Source: Chara braunii (lineage: Eukaryota; Plantae; Charophyceae). Taken from it: a stretch of DNA of 64,000 nt. Shown in pieces: positions 1 to 10,535 of the stretch. Position numbers and translations under genes: made by a program. The notes below the pieces were generated by a model. The model saw only the letters and a list, made by a program, of their open reading frames with translations. It was not told the origin of the DNA and made no database searches. Location of the stretch: the NCBI GenBank assembly GCA_003427395.1, contig BFEA01000020.1, forward strand, positions 1,625,588 to 1,689,587, read 5' to 3'. Each line of letters begins with the position of its first letter. The stretch's first letter is position 1.

Positions 1-3000
1 AGTCCGTACATGGAGATCAGTCATAAAAGTTTTTGCACATCCCCAACAACTAAATGGGCCGCTGGAAACATCAACAGCAGGATGTACAAAAATTGTTAGA
101 GATTTTTTTAAGGATCTTTTCAGGTCAGGAACTATTGACACCGTGCTGGATCAACGCACTAAGGAAATAAAGGCCTTCCTTTCTCCCTTAACAAAGTCAC
201 TTACCTCACATCAAAGAGAACAATTGGAAAAACCTTTGACAAAAGATAAAATCTGGACTGCCCTTTTATTGATGGAAGAAGATAAAACCCCAAGGATTGA
301 TGATCTTCCAAAAGAACTTTGGGAAGTATTACGGGATTTTATATCCCAAGACCTTATGAAATTTTATCAGGCTGTATGGGAATCAGGTAATATGGGAGAA
401 ATAGTAGGGCAAGGAGTGTTGACTTTACTCTATAAGAAAGGAGATAAGTTTAACATCAGAAATTATCGATCTATCACACTTCTACTTGTGGTTTATAAGT
501 TGATCTTGAAAACCCTCATAAATCGCCTAAATAAAGTCATTGCAGACATTATTCATCCCCTACAATCAGGGTTTATCCAAGGTAGAAATATTCATGATAA
601 TATTTTGTTAGTCAATGAGCTAATTAAGCTTTATCGCCAATCTAAGCATAATGCGGCTTTCATATTTATCGATTTTGAGAAAGTGTACGATCATGTGGAC
701 TGACTCTTTTTAGACAAATGTTTGGAGAAGTTTAATTTCGGACCACACTTTAGGAGATGGATTAATATTTTGCATCAAAATGCTACAACGAGGTTAATGA
801 TTAATGAAAATGTGACACCCCCCATTACACTTCAGCGATCAGTCAGGCAAGGCGACCCTATCGCACCGCTTCTCTTTGTTATCATTATGGAGGCCCTAGA
901 GGCCAACATAAGATAGAACAAAGATATTACGCGTATTCAGGTTTCCTCTATTCCTGAGGAAGCAATTCCAGTTTACTCCCTCTTTGCAGATGATCTCTCT
1001 CTCATGGTGGACGCCTCATATGATAGTTTAGAAGCTATTAAGATAATAATGAATAAATTTTGTAAACTTTCTGATATGCGAGTCAACTGGGGAAATAAAA
1101 CTCTTGGATGGTGGATCAATCATCAAGGTGTGAGACCCCTTGAACTTCCTCGCATTAAATGGGTCCCCCATAATGAACCCATTAGAGTCTTGGAAATTTC
1201 TCTCTCAGTCTCTGGAAGGTCCACCTCCTCCAATGAGGGAATCTTACAACAAGCAGGGCTGAAAATGGTCTCATGGAAGGAGAAACATACTTTCCTCTTT
1301 GGTAGAACTTTAATAATAAATAATGTCATCCTAGCCTCGATATGGTATAAATCAACATTTTGAGCCCTAGACAAAGCAATCTCAAGTTTCTTAAAAGACA
1401 ACTACGGACTTTTTTGTGACGTGGAGATCATGAAAAACTTAATGTCATTAGTAGGGTGGCTTGACTTTCCATCATTCAACCTAAATCAAAAGGGGGTCTT
1501 GGGATCATTGATCCCTAAACCCAAGCCATGGCTCTTTCCCTTCAATGGATTAAACGCCTCATTTTTTATCCCACTACCCCTTGGTCCTCTCTAGCTTTAG
1601 AACAAATAAAAAGGTTAGCCCCTCCAGTGCCTGATCATATAGACCCCCTTATGTGGTTGGAGAACCGTGCATGGACTTTGCCCAGAGGCTCTCGTGGGAA
1701 CCAAGATATAGAAAGCGTTTCAGAAAGGGAGGCTGTCAGAAGGGACCTAGGGAGGGATCCTTTTTGGGTAAATCTTCTAAAGAATTGGAGAAAGCTGCCT
1801 ATCCCAGATAAAGTTTTTCCGGATAGATGGGAGGAAGTTTGTCAACAACCTCTTTTTAATAACACCCTTATCAGGGATGTTTTTGGATGTATGTTGCGTT
1901 GCATGAATGTCCCTTGGAATGGTTGGATTAAAAGGGGGGTATTGCGAGTCAGAGATCTATGGAACCAAGAGATAAGAGATTGGCATTCCTCCTCTGATCT
2001 GCAGGAATGTCTGAAATACAGTCATCATCAAATTGAGGCCCTGAATAAAATAATAGACTTAATTCCTCTTGACTGGGTCAGAATCCTTAAGAAGGGGCCC
2101 AAGTTTCTTGAGAATGACTGGGTGACCCAAAAGGTAACCAAAAATGTGTTGTCGGGATTATTATTGAGTTTTGTAACCCAAATCAAATTCTTATCTCCAC
2201 TTTTCATGTCCAAGAGGATGGCTTCATTAATCAGAATATGAAAGAGGAAGTTAGATGGTGTTCTTGTGACCAGCTGTTTAGGATTCGAGTCTTAAAATCG
2301 GATGATAAATTGCCGACTTTTAAACCAGACACCCCTATCTCCCATCTCCCATTCGATCCTATTTATTGAAGTTGGTCTTCTTTTGGGAACCGTGCACCTG
2401 AGCATCCTAGGAAATTACATACTCTCACAGTCAAAGCTTCTTATAGAATGCTCCGACCGAGAGTTAATCTTAAAGACAGTATTAAAGAAAGATGGCAAAA
2501 ACATCTTAACATCGGTAAATATGAGTTGAGAAGGGTCAATTGGTTTTCTGCCTCCAAATCTAAACCTGCCAAAATAGCTTCACTCCAGTGGCAAATATCT
2601 CATAGGTGTCTTCCTACCAATAACTGTATTATTAATAGGACTTCCCTTGAACAGAAAGGTATTGCCCTTCCATGGTGTAACTTTTGTAAATCGGCCTTTC
2701 CTTCTAAGCTTATCCTAAAAACTATCGAGCACATTTTCCTCCAATGCCCGGAGTCAATCTGGTTGTGGAGATGGTGGGATAGGATTTGGAGTCAGTTAGA
2801 AACCTCTCTTCCTTGGCTTTGGGAATGGAAAGCCCTACTGTTGGACTCATGGCATCCAGTCTAAGTGGATGATTTTACCTATAATATATTCCAAGTAAGT
2901 AGGCGATCAATCATTTGGGCAATATGGACAAGGAGATGTACCTATGAAATGGAAAATGCTCGTCTGGATGGTCCAGAATTCACTGAAACCATTAAAAATC

Positions 3001-3650
3001 AGATTCAAACTGATATAACTATCAAATGTAATGAAGTAAAAGATCGTATCCAGTTTCTCTCCGATATAAAAGAAATATGGCGTCACATAAAAGAATTCAA
3101 TAAAAGTTGGCTTGGAAATGACCAGGGTGGGAGGATGGGGAAGGTAATCTGGGAAGGAGGTTCCTTACAGGCTCAAGCTCCACTGAAGAAGAAGTATCGA
3201 CTGATCTTTAATGACTGGACCACAGTAAATCCTTCGATTCCCTTACGACCCTTCTCTGAATTTCCTGATTTCTTTCCCCCCCCAAATAATTGTCTTGTGC
3301 CAGTGTCTTGGTTTGGTTAGACAATGAGATTTCTGTTTGAAAACTAGTGATGTGCTTACTAGTCACGAGGATCAGGCGCCCTGTAAGGGTGAAGAGGCAC
3401 TTAACTAAGTTCCTGTTCAGCAAAAGTTCTTCAGCATCATCATCATCATCATCATCGTTATCCTTTTTCATCATAAGGGACGCTGAGCGCGGTTCTCAGC
3501 AATTTTGGTTTGGTTACTCCGGGTAGACTGTGAGGACCCCGACCTCAATCTTCGTATTGNNNNNNNNNNNNNNNNNNNNNNNNNNNNNNNNNNNNNNNNN
3601 NNNNNNNNNNNNNNNNNNNNNNNNNAAAAAAAAAAAAAAAAAAAAAAAAA
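1..3650 (+). mobile_element. L1-clade LINE, 3' half (ORF2 RT plus C-terminal Cys/His region, 3' UTR, poly(A)), decayed
   Basis: Broken ORFs 143-3320 carry non-LTR RT motifs: YKKGDK..NYRSITLL, QSGFIQGRNIHDN, FIDFEKVYD, RQGDPIAPLLF and SLFADD (~975-995). These are followed by CNFC..TIEHIFLQC. A (CAT)n tract lies at ~3435-3456 and an A-run at 3626-3650 next to an assembly gap. Many in-frame stops. Confidence 0.93.
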
Positions 3651-3880
3651 GGGTGTTGAGGGTCCTGTGACACTATCCCTTTTGGTTTGGTTTTGCCATC
3701 AGTCCCGAGCATGGGCCCGATTGGCGGGACCAAAGGGAGACCCGCAGTTCTTCCCTCTCCTCCCCTCCTCTACCTTTCTTCTTTTTTTCATTTGATTACT
3801 ATTACTTATTTATTAGTTCCATTTTGTTGACCGAGCCCAATACATTGGAACCAACAAATGAGACCAACGATGAACCAACA

Positions 3881-3940
3881 GGCCTTAGCTCGGTTGGTAC
3901 ACCACCGAGCTGCTGGAATGCAGATCTGAGTTCAAACACT
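3881..3940 (+). mobile_element. tRNA-derived SINE-like head (Pol III A/B boxes)
   Basis: A-box-like TAGCTCGGTTGG (3886-3897) and B-box-like GAGTTCAAAC (3928-3937) at tRNA-like spacing. No complete cloverleaf. The core GAATGCAGATC recurs at ~42764. Confidence 0.5.
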
Positions 3941-4668
3941 GTTAGAAGAAGGTGAGTGAAATATTGCAATTATGAAGTACTGACGGGGCCGACTGAGTTG
4001 TTCACGCCCATGAACTTTTCAATTACAGATCCGAGTTAGAATTCATGTACAATAAGATGAACGAAGTGCATTATTATACTTCCTTGGGTATGACACGTGT
4101 GGCAAATTCCCACATTGGGACTGTTGCCTTGCCTGGATTCAAACCCGTTTATTGTCGAGCACAACAAACGGTAAGTTTGGAGACATTAAACAAGGTCAGT
4201 TTGCGGGGGCCATTTTTTTAGTATTGGTTTCGCTCTTGAGGGCTGATTGGCACCGGTCCCTTAGCGGGACCAATTGTTTAGATAGGCACAAACTTTACCG
4301 GTTTCGAGTTAGGGTCGGGGCTATATAGGACCGCCTAGTCAAACAACCAAGTTTTCCTCCAAGTATCTGCGAGCTATTTGACCGAGCAGTCAAGTAGGGA
4401 ACTTGAAGGGTTGACGCCAACGAAGAGGAAGGATTAAAAAAAAAACAAGGAAGAAGACGGGGTGGCGAGCACGTCGAACGAGACAACGGGAAATGTTAAC
4501 ATACGAAAGAAGAAAAATAGGAGCAAGGAGTTAATGACAACGAAGAAAATGAAGGCGAATGCAACCAGAAGGAACACAAGGCGAGGGAGGGGAACTTTCG
4601 ACTCCCCGTTTCCTAACATATTTAGTGAATTTTCAGTTTTTTTACCCCGTACGACTTTAATAGCAAGG

Positions 4669-5028
4669 TGCAGCGGGCCTCCATCTACCCTGGCCTACAG
4701 CCAGGGCCTATTCGGCTATTTGCCAGTTTGACCTGTGGGACCAGGCCGTGCCTGATCCCACAGGCCGTGTGTTGTTCCAGTCCAGTCGAGTCCTGCCCGA
4801 TACCACTGTCGGTACCAGTCCAGTCCAGTCCAACCTAGTCAGTCCGTTGGGGGTATACCCCAGTTGTTGTCTGTTTTTCATATCATTCTCACTTTGCACT
4901 TGTTGGAGTACGTGTCGTGTTGAGTCTGCGTTGGAGCTGCACTGTCCCTTCCAACTCCATCTCCACTTCCTCCTTCCTCAACCCTCTTCTCCATCCTGAC
5001 GGACCGCCATCCTGGCGGGTCCGGCACA
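4669..5028 (+). repeat. 5' LTR of chromovirus
   Basis: Starts TGCAGCGGG and ends GGCACA. Aligns by eye to 15323-15674 and more distantly to 47118-47443. Confidence 0.92.
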
Positions 5029-5029
5029 C

Positions 5030-5041
5030 TGGTATCAGAGC
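5030..5041 (+). promoter_or_regulatory. Primer binding site (initiator tRNA-Met)
   Basis: TGGTATCAGAGC, the canonical plant iMet PBS, 1 nt after the LTR's terminal CA. Confidence 0.95.
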
Positions 5042-5127
5042 GGGAACGGTCCCCGCTCTAACCCGCCCTCCCTCCCGTACGAGAGGAAAACCGTTGTAAT
5101 CCCGATAGCGGGATTTTCAGGGTTTTC

Positions 5128-5240
5128 CAGGGCGGCAACGGCCAAAAACAGCAGCGTGCAGAGGCGGACACGTGGCGAAAAAAGGAGTTGCCGAAAAACA
5201 GCAACGTGCAAAGGCGGGCATGTGGCGAAAAAAAAAAGTT
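5128..5240 (+). mobile_element. Possible hAT-like DNA transposon end with subterminal repeats
   Basis: CAGGGCGGCAAC followed by two ~50-bp repeats (AAAAACAGCA.CGTGCA.AGGCGG.CA.GTGGCGAAAAAA). A similar terminus, TAGGGCAGCAAAC, occurs at 35099. Partner end not found. Confidence 0.35.
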
Positions 5241-5636
5241 TTCGTCCGACGCGTGCGTCCAAGTGCCAAGGCCACGGTCGTCGCACACGCACACGCAGCA
5301 TGGACCATGCTGCTGCCCCGCCCCGCCCCGCCCCGCCCCGCCCCGCTCCCGGATTATCTTTATCAAGATCCAGGGTGCATGTTGCTGCCAGGATTTGAAC
5401 CTGGGCAGCTGCTGGTCATGCGTGTGCGTGTCTATGACTTAGTAGTGCGGCACGCTGGTGTTGAAGAGGTATTGTGCCAACTATTTACACCCCCCCCGGC
5501 CCCCCCCGACAGCGAGCACCGACCAACACGATAGCAGCACGTGGCTATCTGCAATGCCACGTGGAAGCTTGCCGTGGAGGTTGAAGACCCCCCTGGCTAA
5601 GGGGATGCGCCACATATATATATATATATATATATA

Positions 5637-5760
5637 CAGGGTTACCAGCCCGTACGTACGGAGGCCCCCGGGAGGACCTCCGTACGTTCGGGCGTTCGGG
5701 GTCCCGTACGGGGCGTCGGGTTTGGCCCCCGCCAAAAATTATTGCGGGGCCTAAAAATAA
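5637..5760 (+). mobile_element. hAT-type MITE/transposon end adjoining an (AT)n tract
   Basis: CAGGGTTAC terminus followed by CCGTACG repeats. Resembles the CATGGTTAC/CCGGAC terminus of the MITE at 37688-38294. Other end not found. Confidence 0.45.
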
Positions 5761-6776
5761 TTTTTTTTTCTGAATTTTTTCTTATGAGTTCTCTATGACG
5801 CGAGGTACATGCCTATAAATTTTCAAGTCATTTGGCTTAGCCAAACAATAACTAAAAATCGCCAAAGATGGCGGTGTCAAAACGTGCTCGCCCACGTTTT
5901 TTTTCACTTTTTACTTTTAGTTTTCACTTTAGTTCGGGGCTTAAAACATTTTATTATTTTTTGAAACTTTTTTAGTGGGTTTTGTATTATGTGAAGTACA
6001 CATCTGTAAATTTTCAGGGCATCTTCAAGGCCAGCAGTTCAAGATTCCCCCCGGTTAGGGGGCTGTGCAACTGTGGCAATAGGGTGGTTGATCAAGATCT
6101 CAGCCAAACCTGAAACATTATCATCATTGTCTTCTATTGCTGTGGTAGCAGGCCAGCAGCATCTTCAAGGCCAAGATCCTATGGATCTTGGTAGTGCTCT
6201 GCTTTTGGCCACCCAAGAACTTGGTATCACCATCCTACCCACTAACCTACTCTCCCCCAACCCCTTTTCTCTCCCCCCCCCATCATCTACTCATCCTTTC
6301 TAACCCTACCACTACTCTCTCCTCCTCCCTCCCTCTTCACTCATCTTCCATAACCCTTTTTCTCTCCTCCCCTCTCCACTCACCATCTTCTACTAATCTC
6401 TTCTACCCCTCCTCACCTTTTCCATCCCTATCTCTCCCATTCTCTCACTCTCCTCTACCCCCTTCTCTCCCCTAACTACAACCCCATCACTTCCCCCATT
6501 TCCCTCTTCACTTTTTTTCTCTCTCACATATTTCTCTCGTTTCTCCTTCACTTTTTTATCCCCCTCCCCCCCAACTTCGAAATTTTTTTGTTTTTCTTCT
6601 TTTTATTTTTTCTTTTGATTTATATTTCCTTTTTTTTCCAAAAATTCGAATATCTTATTCCCCACCTTCTTTTCTCATTTTTTGATTTATTTTATTTTAT
6701 TTTTTATTTATTTTAAAAATTCAAATTTCTTTGTGGCACCCTTAAATCTGATTAGGAGTTAGTCATTCTTGCTTTC

Positions 6777-7147
6777 GACACACATTTTGACCCCGTGGGG
6801 GTAACGAAATGCTGCCGAAATTTTCTGTTTATTTTTTTTTACTTAGTCTTTTTCATCACATTTTGACCCCTTGGAGGTAGCGAAGTGCTGACAAAATCTA
6901 CTAATTTTACTTAGCCTTTCTTCTTGACGGCACACTTCGATCCCATGGGGGTAACAAAATGCTGATGAAATTTTTGAAAAATCCAACACTTAATTTCTCT
7001 TCACCTCCTCATTTATTTATTTATTATTTATTATTTATTTTTTTGAAATTTATAATTTGTGGTATTTTGAACCTTAGTGTGTTCATCTTGATCTTTCCTT
7101 CCTCTTGGCACATTCTTGACCCCTTGGGGGGTAGGGAAATGCTGCCT
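6777..7147 (+). repeat. Four dispersed copies of a ~40-bp hairpin motif in the chromovirus leader region
   Basis: Consensus CACATTTTGACCCCNTGGGGGTARCGAAATGCTG at ~6781, ~6857, ~6931 and ~7109. Confidence 0.75.
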
Positions 7148-7602
7148 AAAATTCCAAAAAAATAAATATTACTTCTCTCTTCATATTTTGTTGATTTATT
7201 TATTTATTTATTTTTATTATTATTATTATTTTTTTTATCTCGAAATTTCACTGTTTATTTTATTTTTTCTCCCTCTCCCCTCCATGGTTATTATTTTTCT
7301 TTATTGATTAGGTCGTCGCTACCCTACCCTAACCACTCAAACCCCGGTTAGAGTTTTCTTACGGTTTTTCTAGGGTTTAGGGCTCTCCTAAGCCCCCTAC
7401 TTTTCCGTGTCCTCCTATCGGGCACCCTCGACCCGAACGACTCCTCTCCCCTCGACCGGATTCGCGCCACCATCTCATGCGTGACCCGCTGGTCACGCGG
7501 CGCGCTGACCCACGACTACCCACTCCGCTCTCGCAGTCCCCTCCCTCTCACCGGTGGTCCCCTCTCCCCATACCACAACCCATCTCTCCCCCCACCTCCC
7601 AC

Positions 7603-9955
7603 CATGTCTACCTCTCTCCCTCCACCGCCCACGAACGGGCCTACAGCTGAGGAGATCACCGCAGCGCAGTCCACATCCTAGGTCAGCACGCAGCCAGCGG
7701 CTCATGGTCAAGCCCATGCGCATACCATGGACCTTCATACTATCCTTGTAGCGATCCAAGCGCAACTTAGTACGCTTGGACCGTTGCAAGTGCAAATCAA
7801 TGCGCTTGCCCTTGACGTCAACCGCCTCAAAGGCTCTCCCCATCGCTCCCCCCCCCATTCTCACACCCCATTCCCTACCGGTTCAGTGACCGGTTCCCCA
7901 CGACTCCGGCGAAAAAGACATGGTGGTTCTCCCTCCCCTGCGACTCGGGCCCAACACTCCCCCTCAGCCGTGATGAGCGCTGCTGCCGGTCAGACCACCC
8001 CGTCTGTTGCAACAATTCTCCCGACCCCTGCCGCCCCTACCGTCTCTGCTGCTGTTGTAGGCTCTGCGGTCCAGAGACCATCATCTGGACCGACAATTTT
8101 ACCAACCCGTTCCGATGCTGCTTCCCAGATCCCTACACCGGTCACGACATTACGGTTTCGTCCACTACTCCCCGCCTTCGTCCCCTTACCCCTACAACAC
8201 GGTACCCTGCAGTCTGGGATTCCTCCTCCCGGTGAGATACCCCCCCCGCCTCCTCCACCTCTGACCCCGTGCACCCAGCGAGTGGTCACTTTACAGGCCA
8301 CCATTGCGCAGACTCAGGCGGAGATCCTTGCTCTGAGACAACCTCACCCATAGCAGGCTGCTCACCCTTCTTCTTCCTCTATCACCCCTTCGACCCCCAT
8401 GATGCAGGCTCGTTTCCCTCGACCTGCTCCTCAACCTCTCCCCTCCTACCTGGCTATTCCGGGACAGCTGCCCTCGGCTGTTGCCTCCACATTGGCGGGT
8501 CAATCTGTCAGTGGCCATAGTCCACATCCTTCCCCCACCTCTGCCCCTGCAGCGGCCCTAGCTTTCACCGCGGCCTTGCAGGTGCCTCGGTCTCCTTCCC
8601 CCTGCCATCAACACCACGGACACCCTCCTGTGCGCACCTCGGACATTCTGGAGTATGATGGCACATCCCGTGTCTCTCGTTGGTTGCAGATAGTAAACAC
8701 GCACACTCTCCCTGACGACCACCCGTCAGGAGTTGTGGTGCGATGTGCTCGCAACCTTGCAGCGTTCCTTCAGGACCACTTTGGTGCTCGTCACGACGCC
8801 ACTGACGCTTTAGACCGCGTCACACAGACCTGATGGTCCGGGTCCTCTACACCGGCTGACCTCGAGCGTCACATCCGGGTGTTTCAAGACGCCCGCCTTG
8901 TTTGTGATGAGACGTTCCTACCCGAGGTCACCCTTACTGACTGGTTCCTCCTTAGTCTTTCGACTGACTACCGCTTGGAGTTATGGAGGCGGTCATTCTC
9001 TTGGCTGCTAGACAGTACCAAAGGATGTGGAGTCTCTTCCCCGACGCCCCGTCCTCTTCGCGATCCGCCGCCACTACCCAATCTCGCAGCACTACTCACG
9101 GTTGTTCCTCTTTCGCCGGTCGGTGTCCCCGACCACCTCGACCCGGAGCGCCATTCTCTCGGCACTACAACTCTCTCGAGTATGCCGAGGACGCCTCAAC
9201 CGAACTCGACCCTACCATTGAGGACGCCCCTGAGGACATCGAGCTTCGAGACATCATCCAATACCATTTGGATGACGACAATGTCCCGGTGGCCGAGCGC
9301 TTGTAGATGACCATGTCTGCCATGGGTCGTGCGCGCAGTCGGGTTGCACATTCACAGTTCCTCAAATAGACCTTCCGCAGACCTTTGTCCCTCCTTATGG
9401 AGCTCTATTCCCTGAGGAGCGGGCTGCCCTCGAGGCCCGTCGCTGCTGCCTTCGCTGCCGCCAGGATGGACACACATCCTCATGGTGTCCATACCATGCT
9501 GCCCTCGATCAACACTATGCTAACATTTCTCGTCAGCGCTGATCTTAGTCCCCCGCCGACCCCGCCCGGCCAGTCCCACCCAGCTAGCCACGGTGCAGTG
9601 CACCGCTGAGGCCTCGCACGTAGCTGGTTTCCCGACCATCGAGTCGCGGTTTGCCCCTTTGGCTACCCCACCGGAGGATCCTCAAGACACGACAGACGCA
9701 GTTCCCTCCGCCCCGTCGTCTGTCGGGGTACCATCTGCCCCACAACAGACCGCCGCATCTAGTGCTTCCTCTCCGAGACTTCCGACGAGTCGTGCCATTC
9801 GCACAACCCGTTGTAATACTCAGCTGGCGACTCGTGATGACGTTGTGTCATATCTCCTGGATTTGAGCATTCTTCAGGCTCGTCAGGAGCGACTCACGAG
9901 ATACGTAAACGTCCTGCGTCGTCTTCTCGCTCTGCTCTCTGACCCTGATCGCTAG
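7603..9955 (+). pseudogene. Chromovirus gag-like region (Pro-rich), fragmented
   Basis: Consecutive + strand ORF pieces upstream of PR/RT, including a gag-like YDGTSRVSRWL segment. Assignment is mainly positional. Confidence 0.6.
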
Positions 9956-10099
9956 CTACCTCTAGGTATCACTCTCCTATCTCCGTTACCCTCAGAGATA
10001 ACAAGACGCAACGCTTCTTCGATTAGACGGTCTCCGCTCCCTCACCCTCTAGCCATCGGATAGTACTCAGGCGCCTCAACGCCACAAGCGGTTATCGGG

Positions 10100-10530
10100 T
10101 AGCTGAAAATTCAGGGATGAAAATTTTGAAGTGAGAGTTTTGCGCAGTCTGAAAATCCTGAATGGTCTTGAAGTGGTGAAAGGTCCGAAGACCTTGAAAA
10201 CCACCTGTTTAGGCAAGCTACATCCTGAAGTGGTGAAAGGTGTCCTGAAGTGGTCAAGTGAGAGTTTTTGGCAGCCTGAAAATCTTGAATGGTCCTGAAG
10301 TGGTGAAAGGTCCGAAGACCATGAAAACCATTCTTCACCACTTGCGGATGCAGCTTGCCTAAACAGGTAGTTTTCAGGGTCTTCGAAGCTTTCACCACTT
10401 CAGGACCATTCAAGATTTTCAGACCTGAATGGTCATGAGGTGAAAGGTTCGAAGACCCTGAAAACCACCTGTTTAGGCAGACTGCATCCTGAAGTGGTGG
10501 AGGGTGTCCTGAAGTGGTGATGAAAAATAC
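10100..10530. repeat. Inserted repeat block of ~90-bp units in direct and inverted orientation
   Basis: Unit CTGAAAATCCTGAATGGTCCTGAAGTGGTGAAAGGTCCGAAGACCCTGAAAACCACCTGTTTAGGCA. Forward copies at ~10149, ~10277 and ~10425; reverse copy at ~10335-10422. Confidence 0.85.
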
Positions 10531-10535
10531 GACTG

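Noticed and set aside
3881-3950. Functional tRNA gene
   Set aside because: A/B boxes are present, but no acceptor or anticodon stems can be formed.
6955-6985. CTGATGA..GAAA suggesting a hammerhead ribozyme
   Set aside because: No stem II or other hammerhead helices are present, and the motif is absent from the other three repeat copies.
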